Source: Armatimonadota bacterium (GTDB lineage: Bacteria; Armatimonadota; SYMT01). From it: DNA of 64,000 nt. Under the pieces are notes generated by a model. The model was given only the letters and a program-made list of their open reading frames with translations. It was not told the origin of the DNA and did no database searches. The translations under genes and the position numbers were made by a program. Shown here in pieces: positions 61,533 to 64,000 of the stretch (its first letter is position 1; each line of letters opens with the position of its first letter). The stretch is taken from contig JBKBRF010000001.1 in the NCBI GenBank assembly GCA_046292385.1, positions 159,305-223,304 on the forward strand, given 5' to 3'.

Positions 61533-61822
61533 GCGGCCTCACCCCCGGCCCCTCTCCTGGGAGGAGAGGGGCCGGGGGTGTTAACCGAGCCTGCTCCCCC
61601 TTCCCTTTAAGGGAAGGCCTGTCCCCCGCACGGGGGAGGGTGCCGGGGGGGTCGGCCGCGCCGAAGTGCCGGCTTGCCGCCGTCCGTCAGCTCATGGTCC
61701 CAGCTGGCGAGGCCGCGCCGGTGTACCGCGGGTCGCCAGCGAGCAAGAGCAGGAGCAGGAGCAGGGCTCTCCGTTCACGGAGGGTTGGGATTCATCCCTC
61801 ATCCCTCATCGTTCATCCCTCG
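61533..61822. repeat. Composite intergenic repeat (REP hairpins, GAGCAG hexamers, TCATCCC heptamers)
   Basis: Modules match 38927-38954, 39187-39210 and 53241-53278 in reverse orientation. Confidence 0.8.
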
Positions 61823-61830
61823 TCAGACCC

Positions 61831-62361
61831 ATGGCACGCGAACCCCGTCCTCCCACCGATACCCTGGTCGTCGCCGCCATCGTAGGGGCGCACGGCATCC
61901 GCGGCGAGGTGAAGCTCCGCCCGCTGACCGAGTTTCCCGAGCGTCTCACGAAGGCTCCGGAGCTGCGGCTGCGGTTCCCTAATGGAGAAGAGGCGCGCTA
62001 CCGCCGGCTCGGCACGCGCTGGCACCAGCAGCAGCTCCTCGCTCGGCTGGAGGGCGTCGACAACCGCAGCGACGCCCAGGCGCTGGTCGGGGCAGAGGTC
62101 GTGATCGACGTCTCCGAGGCGCAGCCGCTGCCGGAAGGGCGTTACTACCATCACCAGCTTCTCGGCCTGCGGGTGGTCACCCCGGACGGCGAAGAGCTGG
62201 GGCGCGTGCGGAACATCATCGAGGGCGCTTCGAACGACGTCTACGTCGCCGGCAGGTACATGGTCCCCGCTACCCACGACGCGGTGCTCCGGATCGACCC
62301 GGAGGAAGGGGTGATCGTGGTGCGCAGCCGGGAGTACCTGGAGGGCGAGGAGGTGCGCTAG
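61831..62361 (+). CDS. rimM: Ribosome maturation factor RimM
   Basis: GAHGIRGEVK, YYHHQLLGL.V, ASNDVY. Confidence 0.93.
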   Translation: MAREPRPPTDTLVVAAIVGAHGIRGEVKLRPLTEFPERLTKAPELRLRFPNGEEARYRRLGTRWHQQQLLARLEGVDNRSDAQALVGAEVVIDVSEAQPLPEGRYYHHQLLGLRVVTPDGEELGRVRNIIEGASNDVYVAGRYMVPATHDAVLRIDPEEGVIVVRSREYLEGEEVR

Positions 62362-62379
62362 GCCCTCCGTGCCCAGTCA

Positions 62380-62463
62380 CTCCTACTCCTACTCGTTCTC
62401 GTACTCCTACTCAAAGAGCCCTCCGATCTTGAGAAGGATTACGAGAAGGAGAAGGAGTAAGAG
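62380..62463. repeat. Inverted hexamer repeats (CTCCTA/CTCGTA)n ... (GAGAAG/GAGTAA)n
   Basis: Direct inspection; related short run GGAGAAGGAGTAGGAGTAGGAG at 58606-58627. Confidence 0.7.
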
Positions 62464-62522
62464 GCCGAACCGTCTGTTCCGCCAGGTTCTGCCGTCCACC
62501 ATTCGCGTCTGATCGCAACGCA

Positions 62523-63431
62523 ATGCCTGCCTCCGGCCCCACTACCGCTCTGCCAGACGTGCTCCACCTGGCCGGGCTTACCGCGGACGTGCTAGCACAG
62601 GTCGACCACCTGGTGGTCGGGTGCGGCGGTTTTGCCCGGGAGCTGGTGCGGTTTACCGGCGGCGCCAGCAGCGTGAAGGATTCCGCCGGGCAGCGGGTGA
62701 CCGAGGCGGACCGGCTAATCGACAGCCTGCTGCGCGAGCGGCTGACGCAGCTCGTCCCCGGCTCCACCGGCTACTCCGAGGAAGGCGGGCGGTTCGGCGC
62801 GGAGCGGGAGGGGCTGCGGGTGCGCTGGTCGATCGATCCGGTCGACGGCACCCGGCCGGCGCTGCTGGGGGGTGCCTTCGGCGTCTCGGTCGGCGCGCTC
62901 GTGTGCGACGGCCGGCAGACCCGGGCCGCCGTAGGCTGGCTCTACGCGCCGACCCTCGCGACCCTCTACCGCGGCATCCTGACGGGCGACTTCGCCGAGG
63001 CTCGGTTGAACGGCGACCTCGTACGCCTTCCGAAGCTGGCGCCGCTGGAGAACTGCTACCTCGGGGTCAGCAGCAACTGGCGCTCCACCTTCCTGACAGG
63101 CTGCTCGCTCAAGCTCTCCGCGGCGGGTGCCACCTCCATCCACCTGACCCAGCTCTTGCAGCCCGGCAGCGATGTCGCCGCGGTGGCGCTCACCCGCTAC
63201 CGGGCCTACGACGTAGCCGGGGCGCTCGTGCCGGCGGTCGCGGCCGGCTGTGCCGTCTACCCGCTCGAGATGGATCGCGGCGGGATCGCCTCTGAGCCGC
63301 TCGACCCGCTCGCCTACCTGGCCGGAGGAGCGCGGCAGCCGGAGGCGCTCGGGCCGCCGGTGCTCGTCTGCCGGCCGGAGGTGGCGGACCGGCTGCGCGA
63401 GCGGTGCGGGAGTCCGGAGCAGCACTCCTGA
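62523..63431 (+). CDS. Inositol monophosphatase (FIG) family protein
   Basis: VTEAD, SEE, IDPVDGT, AYDVAG. Confidence 0.8.
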   Translation: MPASGPTTALPDVLHLAGLTADVLAQVDHLVVGCGGFARELVRFTGGASSVKDSAGQRVTEADRLIDSLLRERLTQLVPGSTGYSEEGGRFGAEREGLRVRWSIDPVDGTRPALLGGAFGVSVGALVCDGRQTRAAVGWLYAPTLATLYRGILTGDFAEARLNGDLVRLPKLAPLENCYLGVSSNWRSTFLTGCSLKLSAAGATSIHLTQLLQPGSDVAAVALTRYRAYDVAGALVPAVAAGCAVYPLEMDRGGIASEPLDPLAYLAGGARQPEALGPPVLVCRPEVADRLRERCGSPEQHS

Positions 63432-64000
63432 TGCGCATCGACGTCGTCACGATCTTTCCCGAGATGGTGCTGGCTCCGCTGGAGCACAGCATCCTGGGGC
63501 GGGCGCGGGAAGCGGGGCTGCTCGACGTCCGCTGCACCGATCCGCGCGAGTTCACCACCGATCGCCACCGGCAGGTCGACGACAGCCCCTACGGCGGCGG
63601 CGCGGGGATGGTGATGAAGCCGGAGCCGCTCTTCGCGGCGGTCGAGGCGCTGGCGCAGGAGCCGCCGGCGCCGGAGCGGGTGGTCCTCTTCACGCCGCTG
63701 GGGCGCCGGTTCGACCAGGAGGTCGCCCGCGAGCTCTCCGGCTGCTCCCGGTTGGTATTCCTCTGCGGCCGGTATGAGGGAATGGATGAGCGGGTCCATC
63801 GCCACCTTGCCACCGACGAGCTCTCGATCGGCGACTTTGTGCTGACCGGAGGAGAATTCGCGGCGCTGGTGGTGATCGACGCGGTGGCGCGGCTGCTGCC
63901 GGGGGTGCTGGGGAAGGACGAGTCGTCGGAGATCGAGACGTTCAGCGAGCACCTGCTGGAGTACCCGCATTACACCCGGCCGGCCGATTTCCGCGGCTGG
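63431..64000 (+). CDS. trmD: tRNA (guanine37-N1)-methyltransferase, partial (runs off window)
   Basis: MRIDVVTIFPEM, VDDSPYGGGAGMVMK, CGRYEG.DERV, SIGDFVLTGGE, LLEYPHYTRP. Confidence 0.97.
   Translation, partial: MRIDVVTIFPEMVLAPLEHSILGRAREAGLLDVRCTDPREFTTDRHRQVDDSPYGGGAGMVMKPEPLFAAVEALAQEPPAPERVVLFTPLGRRFDQEVARELSGCSRLVFLCGRYEGMDERVHRHLATDELSIGDFVLTGGEFAALVVIDAVARLLPGVLGKDESSEIETFSEHLLEYPHYTRPADFRGW

Overview
High-GC bacterial chromosome window. The ffh-rpsP-khpA-ylqD-rimM-trmD order and the repeat style suggest a Terrabacteria lineage such as Armatimonadota (inference only). (1) 1-38.9 kb: a large, all plus-strand surface-polysaccharide/glycan locus. It encodes GT4s, a Wzy/O-antigen-ligase-like protein, a CapK-like ligase, WecB, a WecA/MraY-like transferase, CapD, a WbpB/D/E-like set, a formyltransferase, a GT2+flippase+GT-C-like trio, and RfbA/RfbB/WecD/WecE. 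It also contains lower-GC inserts, a reciprocally decayed duplication and a 129-bp MITE. (2) 39-47.4 kb: nadE, two paralogous secreted proteins with poly-Pro tails, SOD, rlmN, a DUF433/DUF5615 toxin-antitoxin pair and an HD protein. (3) 47.6-57.9 kb, the best candidate for an undescribed system: a nine-gene co-directional cluster. It joins a DndA-type cysteine desulfurase, a GcvH-like lipoyl carrier, a COG0523 GTPase, an HdrA-N-like Fe-S protein, a ferredoxin and a radical SAM enzyme to a DUF116-polyprenyl synthase, a prenyltransferase-beta-like barrel and a squalene-hopene-cyclase-like class II cyclase. (4) 58.7-64 kb: the ffh/rpsP/khpA/ylqD/rimM/(IMPase)/trmD operon. Intergenic spaces carry heptamer/hexamer tandem repeats, several supplying the upstream gene's stop codon, and several REP-like palindrome families. 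All assignments come from motif recognition by eye; no searches were run.
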